Positions 13,078 to 24,397 of a stretch of DNA of 64,000 nt are shown in pieces. The stretch is from Callorhinchus milii (lineage: Eukaryota). The notes beneath the pieces were generated by a model. It was not told the DNA's origin, searched no databases, and saw nothing but the letters and a program-made list of their open reading frames with translations. Position 1 is the stretch's first letter. Each line of letters opens with the position of its first letter. The stretch covers positions 84,012,001 to 84,076,000 of the forward strand of contig NW_024704742.1 in NCBI RefSeq assembly GCF_018977255.1. The letters run 5' to 3'. A program made the translations under genes and the position numbers.

Positions 13078-13605
13078 GAGAATCATAGAATCATACAGCA
13101 CAAAAAGAGGCCATTCGGCCCATCGAGTTTGTGCCTGCTCTTTGAATAGAGCAATTAATATTAATTCCACTCCCCAGCCCTTTCCCCATAACCCTGCAAA
13201 CCCGTCCTCCTCAAATACCCGTCCACCGCGTTTTTAAAAGTAGTTATCGAATCGGCCTCGACCACCCTTTCAGGCAATGCATTCCAGATTCGAACAACTC
13301 ACTGGGTGAAAACATTTCTTCTCACCTCCCCTCTGTTTCTTTTAGATACTATTTTGAATCTGTGACCTTGAGTCACCGACACACCCACCAGTGGAAACAG
13401 TTTTCCCCTTTCTAACATATCAAATCCTCTCATGATTTTGAAGACCTCTATTAGGTCTCCTCGTAACCTTCTCTGCTCCAATGAGAATAATCCCAGCCTC
13501 TCTAGCCTTTCCTCATAATCAAGGTCCCTCATTCCTGGTACTAACCTTGTAAATCTCCTCTGCACCCTTTCCAATGCCTTAACATCCTTCCTATAGTGTG
13601 TTCCC
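13078..13605 (-). mobile_element. CR1 LINE 3' fragment (different subfamily tail)
   Basis: ORF 13299-13682 (YRKDVKALERVQRRFTRLVPGM..LFSLEQRRLRGDLIEVFKIM); (AGAATCAT)n tail at 13078. Confidence 0.92.
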
Positions 13606-13907
13606 ATTAGAATAACTCCCAACGTTTCCACTTTGGCATTACAGATGCTGTATTTGGGGCTGAAAGGGGTTGAAAACATCACCAGAATGTTTGTATATTT
13701 GAAATTGGACTTACTTTAACTTAGCTCAACCATTAATAATAGCCGCATAACAGACTGCACACATTTTTGTCTTTATGAAGTTATATTGGATCAGTTTATT
13801 TCATCAATTTGGACAAACAACTGTAAATCTTTGCTTTTAGTAATAATTTTTCATGATTTGATCAGTGCTAATGTCTGAACAAAGGCAAAATATGTTTATT
13901 GTTGCTT

Positions 13908-14140
13908 ACAACAACAACAAATTGAATTTATATAGAACCTTTTATGTCGGGGGGATATCCAAAGGCGCTGGACAATGAGGGATTTGCATTCGAGCTGTGG
14001 ATCAGAGAAGGGTAGAGAGAAAAAAGGGATGGAGAAAGAAAGATGCCTGAAGGCACGGTCAAAAAAGAAGGTCTTGAGACAGACCTTAAAAGAGGCCAGT
14101 TAGGGGACAAGGCAGAGGGACACTGGGATGGAGTTTGAGA
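13908..14140 (-). mobile_element. L2 3' tail fragment
   Basis: (CAA)n plus atgtcggggggatatccaaaggcgctggac. Confidence 0.8.
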
Positions 14141-14789
14141 CGGTTCTATCAGCCTTATATTTACACACAAGATATGGCTCGCTCTCCCTCACAGTGTGGA
14201 CTGGATGGCCTCTGTGTTCAATCCTCACTAATGAATACAAGTCCCTATAACTAGGTGTAATTTGACTAATGAATTCTTCAACGAGAACAGGTACTGCCAA
14301 TTTCTATATAAATTAAAGCAAATTGGGAAGCTTCAGTCAATCAGAAGTTTATTTTACACCTCTGTGACCTAGGTTCAACCTGTTTGTGTATTCCCTCATT
14401 CTTGATTTATACAGAAATCTCAAGTTAAACACGGTTAAGTTAGCTCAATGAAATTTTATTGTAATATTGATGAAATCCACAACCCTCGGCATTAAATCTT
14501 AAATAACACGATAAATATCAACAGACACAACTATGAGATAACAAACATTAATCACACTTAAACTACACACGCTAGCAGCCACTTGTAATTAAGTTGATGT
14601 AAAGTGCACGAAGAACCAATCCCTGACTACTACTCATTAATAGTCAGAGTATGTATCTTTTGTTATCAGATAGAAAAATAGTGACCACGAGCACATGGCG
14701 CTTGTTCTTTACGGACATTGAGCTCCTCCCCGAATTAGGGTACCCAATGGGAATTGTTTTGCTCCAATTGCTTGATATACTTGATGGTG

Positions 14790-15094
14790 GAGCTGTGGTT
14801 AGAGCACTCGTCTTGCAAGCAGGACACCTGGGTTCAATTCCAGGCAGAGGGCGAAACCTTGGGCCAGTTTCCTTACTCCACACGCCTAATAATAATCCCT
14901 CCAAAACAAAACAATAATAAATTGGTCATTTTCAATCTACGACTGTTTGTGGGACACTGCTGTGCACAATTGGCTGCCGCGTTTCGCCCACAAATATACA
15001 GTCAATTCACTTTACTGTCTATTCTGTGAAGCGCTTTGAAACGTCGAGAAGAGGTGAAAAGCGCTATATCAAATGCAAGGATTATTATTATTAT
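14790..15094 (+). mobile_element. tRNA-derived CORE-like SINE, short variant
   Basis: gtggttagagcactc A-box remnant, gggttcaattcc B-box, ccttgggccagtttcc, (ATT)n tail. Confidence 0.9.
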
Positions 15095-15274
15095 TTTTAT
15101 AATTGGCGCCTTTCTTACGGTCCAATCAAAATCATCCTTTAAGTGAACCAATAGGGAAAGAGTACACCTTGCTATCCACTTATGCAAATTCCAGATAGTC
15201 AGTTACCCACCAAATTGTTGCAATCGACGCTACAGTCAAACTTGATGACACCATGAGTATCAAAAATGTTAAAT

Positions 15275-15431
15275 ACATAAAAAAAAACTTGAACTCGATC
15301 CTCTGGGAGATGGGGAGCCAGTAAAGGCGAGTGAGGATGAGGGTGATGGGCTCACAAAGTTTAGTGTGGGAGAGGATACAAGCTGTAGAGTTCTGATTAA
15401 TCTGCAATTTGTTGAGGGAAGAGTTGGGAAG
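15275..15431 (-). mobile_element. L2 internal fragment
   Basis: ORF 15180-15407 QNSTACILSHTKLCEPITLILTRLYWLPISQRIEFK. Confidence 0.8.
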
Positions 15432-15531
15432 AGCATGAAGAAGCCTTGCACTCTTGCCAATAATAATGTTGTCAATGGAAATCTCTTACAGCTTTCCTCA
15501 TACAATTGGAAAACCAGATACTGTTTTGGTC

Positions 15532-15790
15532 TGGTTCAGTTGGTAGCATTCTCGCCTCGATTTTAGAAGAATCTAAGTTCAAGCTCCATATTGGCCGTCA
15601 AACTTGCAGACTAAGCTGGTATTCCAGTGTAGTACTGGGGAAATGCTTCATTGATGGAGATGCATGCCATCCACTGGATGAGACATTAAATCCAGGTCTC
15701 ATATAGTGAAAGATCCTGTGACACTGGTTGAAAAAGAAGCGATTTTCTCACAGTGCCTTGGCCAACAATCCTCCAGATTAATTGATCATT
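15532..15790 (+). mobile_element. Deu-domain SINE, degenerate
   Basis: tggttcagttggtagcattctcgcctc head; gatgagacattaaatccagg..aaagatcctgtgacact. Confidence 0.6.
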
Positions 15791-15795
15791 CCAAT

Positions 15796-16115
15796 CATAA
15801 TAATAATAATCATAATTCTTGCATTTGATATAGCGCCTTATCACGTCTTTGAGACATCTCAAAGCGCTTCACAGAATATACTGTAAAGTGAATTGATCCA
15901 ACCGTTATGGATTGAGTGACAAAAATGTTTTTGAAGGAATTATTGTGCCCAGGATACGTGATCCACAAATGGACTAACAACTGGGTTCCTACTTACTGCT
16001 AGGTGAAGAGGCATGTGGAGTAAGGAAACTTACCCAACATTTCACACTGCCAGGAATCGAACCCAGGTCTCTCTCTTGCGAGCTGAGTGCTCTAACCACT
16101 GAGCTGCAGGACTCC
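15796..16115 (-). mobile_element. tRNA-derived CORE-like SINE, long variant
   Basis: Reverse head ggagtcctgcagctcagtggttagagcactc..gggttcgattcc; (AAT)n tail. Confidence 0.9.
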
Positions 16116-16387
16116 ACTATTCATGGCTGATTGTGGGATCTTACTATCATAAATCATCTTTGGATTTGCCTACAAAATCAGGCACTGCACTTTAGCAGTG
16201 AAGTGCTTAGAAATGTTTTCACTTGATGAGATTATAAAATGCACATTCTTTCTTTCTAACCCTTTCCCCAGATTGATATTGCACCCTTGTGGAGTATGGT
16301 TTTAAAATTCAGTTCCATGTTCTGCTCTGGATTCTGCGGGTTTATTTTTTCCACTCCAGAAATTACTGATTCACACTTGGGCACAGC

Positions 16388-16403
16388 TATAATAATAATA
16401 ATA

Positions 16404-16437
<34 letters not shown>

Positions 16438-16735
16438 CCTTGCATTTGATATAGCGCTTTCCACGTCGGGAGGACGTCCCAAAGCGCTTCACAGAACACA
16501 CGGTAAAGTGAATTGACTGTATATTTGTGGGCGAACGCGGCAGCCAATTGCGCACAGCAATGTCCCACAAACAGTCGTAGATTGAAAATGACCAATTTAT
16601 TATTGTTTTGTTTTGGAGGGATTATTATTAGGCGTGTGGAGTAAGGAAACTTGCCCAAGGTTTCGCCCTGCCTGGAATTGAACTCAGGTCTCTCGCTTGC
16701 AAAGCGAGTGCTCTAACCACTGAGCTAAGGACTCC
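16388..16735 (-). mobile_element. tRNA-derived CORE-like SINE, short variant, with an extended (AAT)n tail
   Basis: Reverse head ggagtccttagctcagtggttagagcactcgc; (AAT)n at 16388-16437. Confidence 0.9.
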
Positions 16736-17434
16736 ACACTATATGTGTGAACACCATCTGGTCCCTTCAAATTAACCGCTCTTCATGTCTGTATCTGGAC
16801 AGTGTTGCTCGACAGGCTACCTGATCGCAGAGAAATTATAGCTAAATCCAAAGCTGATGTTCCACCACTTGCTCTTACCAACTTAATGGATCACAATCAG
16901 CAAAATTAGTCATGCTTCATTTTTCCTTTCTCTAGCCCGAGGTGACACCACCAATTGTAGCATCCAAATAGTCAGCCAAACCCTGAAATAAGCTACCTTG
17001 GCACAGCCTAGGATTGGGGCAGCAAAGATGGGATATTCTAGGCCTGTAAAGGTAAGCTTCACACTGCACAGTGGCTTTAACAACCAAGGTATTCAAGCAA
17101 ACAACTTTCCCCCCTCCCTTTCCCCTTGGCTCGTTGTGAGACTCCGCCACAGTCAAGCTCAAGTTGTTGTTGTTGTTGTTTAGTTTAATCAGCAACCTTT
17201 TGTGTGGAACTTCAGCACTCTGAGACCCTTCCAAGGCTGAAGGGCACTACATGCTCTGTATCCAAGAAATGTGAGTTGTTGTTGCTGTTGTTCAACTTTA
17301 ATCAAAATCTCTCTGAAAGTCTATATAAACGACATCATCGGAAATGCCAGCGATTTATTTAATCTGTAACAAGATTAAGGCATTCAGTTAGGGCCGACGA
17401 TCCATTTTTGATCCTTTGCTAGTTGTTTCTTATT

Positions 17435-18592
17435 ACAATTGTCATCACCCCTATCCTAAAAAAAACCTTTCCTGGACCGATCCCTGCTCACAAGCTACCA
17501 CCCCATCACCAACCTTCCTTTCCAAGTGCCTTGAAAAAGTTGTTGCTTCCTAGCTTCACTCCTTCCTCTCCTGCCACTCCTTTTACGAACCCCTCCAATC
17601 GGGTTTCCGTACAGCCCACAGTACAGAAACAGCCCTGGTCAAGCTGACAGATGACATTCTGTCCATCTACGACCAGGGCTCCCTCTGTCTCCTGTCTCCT
17701 CCAGGACAACTGACGTCCCGACAGTCTGTCTGTCTGACATCAAGTCCTGAATAAGAGCCAACTTTCTACAGTTGAAAGTCAGCAAGACCGAGGCCCTCTT
17801 GATTGGCTCGCGCCAGTGATTCAGCACCTCAGGCACTGGCAGCATCAACATCCACGGTTGCACACTCCACCTCACCAAGCCAGTCAGGAATCTCGGTGTC
17901 TTGTTCAACCCTCAACTGTCCTTTCTCCCCCACATCCGTGTCATGACCCGTTCTGGCTTTCCCCATCTCCACAACATTGCCCAATTCCGTCACTGTCTCA
18001 ACCCTCAGGCTGTTGAAACCATTATACATGCCTTCATTACATCTAGGCTCAACTATGCCAATGCCCTGTTTGTCGGCCTTCCCAATTCTTCCCTCCATGA
18101 GCAGCAGATCATCCAGAGCTCTGCAGCTTGTGTCCCCTCCCGCACTAGGCTCCATGACCCTATCACACCCACCCTCACCTGGCTCCACTGGCTCCCCATC
18201 CCTCAGAGGATCAAGTTCAAAATCCTTGTCCTCACCTTCAAGGCTCTCCGTGGCCTTGCCCTTCCTACCTCTTCAACCTTCTAATCCCTTATCAACCTGT
18301 CCGCTCCCTCCACTAAGCAGACTCTGGCCTGCTCCATGTCCCCCGCCCAGCCCACCATCAGCAGTCGGGCCTTCAGCCTCTCTACCCCCACCCTCTGGAA
18401 CTCCATTCCACATTCCCTTCACCTTGCTCCCACCCTTTCCTCCTTCAAGCCACCCCTCAAGATCCTCCACTTCGACCATGCCTTTGCCCACCCTTCTACC
18501 TCTCTGCCTAATCCCTAATCCTTGACTGTTCAGCATTTTGGGACGTCCTCCTGATGTGAAAGGCGCTTTACAAATATAATTTTGTATTGTAT
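17435..18592 (+). mobile_element. L2 LINE with an internal deletion of the RT core
   Basis: ORF 17901-18284 (ETIIHAFITSRLNYANALF..LHWLPIPQRIKFKIL); sequence jumps near 17700 from the LLDLS region to the WMRANFLQL region; L2 tail at about 18540-18592. Confidence 0.9.
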
Positions 18593-19344
18593 TACGTTAG
18601 CGTTATAAAAGGTGCTACTCTTGGCCCCAGAATAATGCTAGTTAAATGCATGTCAAGTTATTGGTGTGGCTTTTTTTTCCACATGGGAACATGTTTACCC
18701 CTTCCTCTCCAATAAAAAGATTATTTATTAGAATGGAAATAGGTTTGTTGTGATCACTGCAAACAAACAGCGGGGTCCAAACTTTGGGAATCCTAACCTT
18801 ATTTGCAAATGATTCATAAATATTGAATTCCACTGATATGGGTGGAATGCGAGGGCATGGGTGAGTGTCACGAAACCCATAAGAACTCTGTTCTAAATAT
18901 TTTTCCACTCTAACTCTGTTGCGCTCTTTCTGAATGCAACATGAATTTCCCACAGGTCAGAGTGGCACACTCTCAATTACAGGCAGAATTCAGTATTTAC
19001 AAAAATCTCTACAAATCGAAGCCACCGCTTGACTGGCTGCAACCTCCTCATTGTCCCTCGAGCCCTCCATTCCACCATCAGTGGCCATGCTTTCAGCCAT
19101 TACACCCTGAAACTCTGGAACTCTCTCCCTCAATCTTTCCCTATCTTCGGGTCGCGGCTACAGTCACCACCCCCCCGGCTCAATATCATACTCAGTCACT
19201 TTCAAGTGCTCTGGGACGCTGCCCTGCATGAAGGGAGCTATATCAATGCAAGTTGTTGTGACTCCATTGTTTTAGGTCCCACTGGTTAGTAAATCTCAAG
19301 TTTGCCTGCTGAAGACTCACTGCTCACTTTTATGTGATCTTCCA

Positions 19345-19473
19345 GAGTCCTGTAGCTCAGTGGTTAGAGTACTCACCTTAAAAGCATGAGACCTGGTTCG
19401 ATTCCTGGCAGGGCGAAATGTTGGGCAACTTTTCCTTACTCCACACGCCTCCATTTACTTAGCAGTAAGTAAG
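19345..19473 (+). mobile_element. CORE-like SINE, 5' half
   Basis: gagtcctgtagctcagtggttagag (A-box), ggttcgattcc (B-box), ttgggcaacttttccttactccacacgcc. Confidence 0.85.
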
Positions 19474-20564
19474 CCAGAGGTAACGCCACTCAGAATGGAT
19501 TTCAGAGATTCTGATCACTCAGTACAAAGAGATATTGCAGGTTTATCAAAACATTTTCTTCAACACCATGATCTTGTACTGGATTTTGGACCGTATCCTT
19601 TTATTTTTGAATCATTATAAGACATTTCAGTTGCCAGCGTATTGGATGTTAATCATTTAAAAAAAGGTAATGTACAATTTGGTCCATCTCACATATTGGA
19701 ACAACTCTATTACTACATAGGCAGTACCCAGGCCAACATCCAATGAAATAAATGATGTGTACACTGATGAAAACTGCCAAAAGGGACACATCTATATTGT
19801 ACAAATAATGGTAAACAATAAGAAAAATGAAATCGGTCATTCACTGCCTGGCTGTTTGTGGGACATTGCTGTACCAAAATTGGCTGTCACGTTCGCCTAC
19901 AAAATACACAGTCACTGCATTTTATAACATGTCCTGTGAAGTGCTTTGAGACATGCTTTTGATGTAAAAGGCGATATATCAAATGTAAGGATTGTTATTA
20001 TTATCAAAGGAGTTTTACCTCCCACCAGGAAAACGTAGATTTACAGCAGTGGAAATAAACATAGTCTGTCTTTTTGTTGTATTTTAATTTTTCCAATTTC
20101 CCTGCACCCAGAGTTCATGTCTATATAGACACAAGTAGATTTCAGATACTGCAGACATGAATCAAGATGACCACGCCAGTCCCTCTACTTTGCCAAATGC
20201 AAGTAACCTGAACTTTTAACACCTCTTTTTGAGGTCCTATCTTACCATTCAATCTTTGTTGGTTAACAATATATCATTTAAATTCCATTACAACATTAAA
20301 GGCAGAAATCACAAAGGCAATCATCTAACATTAAACTTAACATTATAGGGAAAATGTAACACTTGTGCTCACTACAGGGTTAATGAACCAAAAGGAAAAT
20401 TTAATAATTTGTTTATAATGTGGATGGAATGCTGCACTTACTCACATTGAGTATTTAAACAGTATTTGAACCCTTTACAGGAAAGTTCAGATCCAGATCC
20501 AGAATGTTGCTATGATCCTACATTCATCTTATGAAGATTTCTCGTTGTTTTATTGTGCTACCAA

Positions 20565-20780
20565 AATAAAATCTCCTCTCTCAGTTTCTCCACCAAGTCC
20601 TCCTCATTATGGCTGACTTCAACCTTCATTTGAACATCCTACCACATCTCCTCTGATTTCACCACTCTCCTCTTCTCCCTTATCCTTACAATCCATATTA
20701 ATTTTCCATCCCACTTATGTGGTCGGTCACACCCCTTGATCATGTCATTACATAAGGTCTTGATGTCTCCAGGTTTCCCA
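20565..20780 (+). mobile_element. Old L2 endonuclease-domain fragment
   Basis: ctcattatggctgacttcaaccttcat translates to LIMADFNLH (GDFN-like); ggtcacaccccttgatcatgtc resembles the GHTLD motif. Confidence 0.6.
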
Positions 20781-20782
20781 TA

Positions 20783-21078
20783 TAATAATAATAATCCTTG
20801 CATTAGAAACTCCATCTTTCACTTGCCGAAATGTCTCAAAGCGCTTCACAACATATACTGTAAAGTGGATTAACTGCATATTTTGTGAGTGAAATGCAGC
20901 AGCCAGATGTGCACAGTCATGTCCCACAAACAGTTATGGATTGGGTGACCGATTTTATTGGGGGAATTGTTGGCCAGAACACTGGGAGAAACTCCCTTCT
21001 CTTTTCGAATAGCGCCATGGGTTCTTTATTATCCGCCTGAACAGGCAGATGGGATCTCGGTTTAAGGCCTCATCCAAA
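20783..21078 (-). mobile_element. Deu-domain SINE, 3' part
   Basis: gggagaaactcccttctcttttcgaatagcgccatgggttcttt..gaacaggcagatgggatctcggtttaa; (AAT)n tail. Confidence 0.75.
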
Positions 21079-22456
21079 ATCACAATTCCATGCATTTAAA
21101 TGTAGATGGCATACCGCAGCCTCATGGTCCACCCCAAATCTAGCTTGACCATCTCTTGAAGATGAAAACCTTATCAACTCCAAGGTCATCTTGAGGGCCA
21201 AAAAATCACTTCCTGTGACCCCATCCTCAAGCCCCCTTCATCCTCAAATCTGATTCCAAATGTAAGGAGGACATGGATTTCCTCCTGACTAAAATCAGTA
21301 AGTCCATCTGGCTACATTTTCCTCCTTCACACCTCCCTTCACTCCACTCCACCAGCCCTCTTCAATGCCGCATCCCCACTGACGCTGCTTTGCACAATTT
21401 TCCCCATTTCTCCTTTGTTTCCTACATGAAGCTTGCAACCTGCTCTCTGACCCACATGCACAGCTTTTGCCCACACCCCCTCCCTCATCTTTTCCATGTT
21501 AACAGTTTAATTGAAACTGGGATTTTAATTGGTAAAAAATTACAGTCAATCAATATTTATTGATATTCAAATGAAATTACTACAGACTCAGTAATTCGCA
21601 GACATGCGCTCAGGATAAAGCTAGCAAGACTAAATTACACTGAAACTCCATATATCTCATAAATTAAATCAAACTTGCATTCAACAACAACAACAAATTA
21701 CATTTGTAGAGCGTCTTTCACGTCGTGAGGACAGTCCCAAGGTAGTGGATAGTCAGGGATTTGAACCCGAGCAGGTTGTTGGGATTGGGGGAGGGGGAGG
21801 GCAGAGAGGGTAGGGGTAAGAAGGTGGCTGACCTCAAATTCTCCAAATTCACTATCATTGTAATTGGCTCATTCATACAAATAGTTGGAATTAATCTGGA
21901 ATTTTAAAGTAACATGGTGCCTGGCTTTATGGTATTAAATTCTGCATTAGGTAGTGTCAACGAAGAGGACCCAGGTTTTTTTTAATATGAATGTTTCTAA
22001 ACAGTGCCTAAATATCCTTCCATTCTGTGCCTTCAGGGTTGCTGAGGATCCAATTTATTCACTGTGGACATGTAATCAGGATAATTTACCAAATCCAGGA
22101 GGCAGACAACCATATGCTTTTGGTTTGTCTTAGCTTTTGTGTTGATCAAGTATGTGGGAATGACCCCTATTATGGCACTTTTCCTTTAATGCACTGTCTG
22201 CTGAAAAATGTAAACAGTCTACAAGAATACAGTCCGGTACGTAAATCATAGTTGTGACTCTCGTATTCCGAATCAGCCATAGACACAAAAAAATAACATT
22301 GCAGCCAGTGACTTACTTGCAATGATGACAGAGTATTTTCTTTATTGTTCTGACTGGTTCGTAGAGCTTTGAATGTGTATGTCATGTCTATGGTAACAGA
22401 ACATAAGCTAAGCAGCATAAAACTGCAGACAGTTTCCAATTTATTTGACCAAAATG

Positions 22457-22800
22457 GAACGTGGTTGTGGAGTCCTCTGATGGCTGAGAGGCTAAATGCA
22501 TTGCTCGATGTGGTACAGTGCCACAGAGGCTCAATCTCTGATCTGTGATCAGTGCTCATCCCAGCCAGCGGTGGCAGTCTGGCCTCAGCATTCTCAGGCC
22601 CATTGGAGGGGGGGGCTGAGTGGGGGAAGTGGGGGGCGGGCTGAGTGGAGGAAGGGGGGGGCGGGCTGAGTGGGCGAAGGGGGGGCTGAGTGGGCGAAGG
22701 GGGGGCTGAGTGGGGGAGGGGGGGCTGAGTGGGAGAGGGGGGGCTGAGTTGGGGGAGAGGGGTGGTGAATATCCAGTAAATGCTACTGGAAAATGCAAGG
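22457..22800 (+). mobile_element. AmnSINE2-like SINE containing an expanded G-rich minisatellite
   Basis: Head tgatggctgagaggctaaatgc..ggcctcagcat; homology resumes at atccagtaaatgctactggaaaatg after the repeat. Confidence 0.5.
22606..22762. repeat. G-rich minisatellite, unit about GGGGGGCTGAGTGGGSGAA
   Basis: About seven imperfect units containing ggctgagt. Confidence 0.9.
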
Positions 22801-23536
22801 ACTAAATCGCACATCTCTCATAGAAGAGGTGGGGGTGGGGAGGAGAGACACTCCATGTATGTATGCCCAGAAACAAATGTGCAGGTTGGTAGAAGCCAGG
22901 TGCACTTTGAGGTGCACTGGAATTCAACCATTTAAAAAAAACATTGCTTGTCCAGCTAGCAACAGTCTACCCATCAGAGAACTGACTTTCAAAGTTTTAT
23001 CAGGAGATGAGTTTCCCATGTGCCTCCTCGTTAATATGGCTGTTTTCTGCAACTCACGAGAATGAAGAAACAGCTTGTATTTATATAGCACCCTTCATAT
23101 AGGATAGTCTTTCACAAAGACAGGGTCGGAAGCCAAGCAAGAGAGATGCGAAGAGGAGGAAGTGGAAAATGGTGTTAGAGACCGTCAAACCAGTAGGTTT
23201 AAAGGCAAAGACAGACAGAGAGAGGGAGAAATGGAGGGGTAGAGGGAAGGATTTCCAGAGGCTTAGGGTGTAGAATCTGGAGGATCAGCCATTAATAGTA
23301 GCACTGAGAGGGCAGCTAACATGCAGGAATCCCGAGTTTGCCAAGCATATGGGGCGAGCGGAGGGGGAGAGAAGATCAGAGAGATAAACAACACTATTGT
23401 GAAAAAAATAGGACCATCTCAAGTTCTGTTGTGATTGGAGCAGTCTATTTTCATTGTAGGGCATCATCCTGCTTTGCAAATAGCATTTGCTACATCTCTC
23501 TCAAGAGAATGGAATATTAATGCAGAGACTCATGAG

Positions 23537-24397
23537 CAAGGAATTTTTCCACTAGAAAACTGCAGAAATATTTAACAAACATTGCTCGCAAATTTGACAA
23601 TTTTTGTGGAAAATTTGGAGAAATTTGACAAATTTTGCGTAAAACTGCAGGAAGTTGATTGGTACTATTGAGAGGTATATTTGACAGCCTAGCTACATTT
23701 GTTCACTTATTGATTAAAACTAAACATGAAGAAATAACACATATTGTTCCAAAAAAAATTAATGCTTTCTTTAATAAAAACTGGTGGCCAACTGCGGGGT
23801 GGGAGAACACCAGCAAAGGCCCAAAGGGTTGAAAGATTATTCCTCCACTCTGCATTTGAAGGCCTGGAAATCCGCCAAACATCAACATTGCATGCCAAGT
23901 TCTCCAGTGTCCTGGCTATGGGGCTACAGGAGCTCACCACCTCCTGCTCTTAGTGCTTGACACCGCACACAGACTCAGAGACCCAGAGAGACACACACAA
24001 TCCCAGACACAGAGAGAGAGACACATGCACACACACTCACAGACAGACACACACACTCACAGCGACACGAGCATACTCACAGATACTGAGAGACACGCAC
24101 ATTCACAAACACACATACGGACAGAGGAGAGACATACACAGACAATCTCAACAGCGGGGCCTCGGGGTCAGGGAAGCCCATTTCCCGCTCGCGTCGCACC
24201 GCGCATGCACGGCCGGAGTTGCTCCGCCTACAATAGTGACACTGCCCCACCCACACAAATGCATCGAGTAAACATCCGGCAGCAGCACGCAGAGGCCCGG
24301 ACGCTGAGTAAACTGCATTTTTATAGGTTTTTAGCGAAGGTATTCATTTTAGCGGATTCCACAGAAAAATTGCAGCAGCACTTTTCTATTGGCCCAA
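23537..24397 (+). mobile_element. Non-autonomous hAT-like DNA transposon (copy 2)
   Basis: Flanked by an exact 8-bp direct repeat CTCATGAG (23529-23536 and 24398-24405); right end ttttctattggcccaa matches the TIR of copy 1; internal CA/GA microsatellite. Confidence 0.7.

Noticed and set aside
19345..19415. tRNA gene-like sequence (also at other SINE heads)
   Set aside because: A/B boxes run straight into the SINE body; these are SINE heads, not tRNA genes
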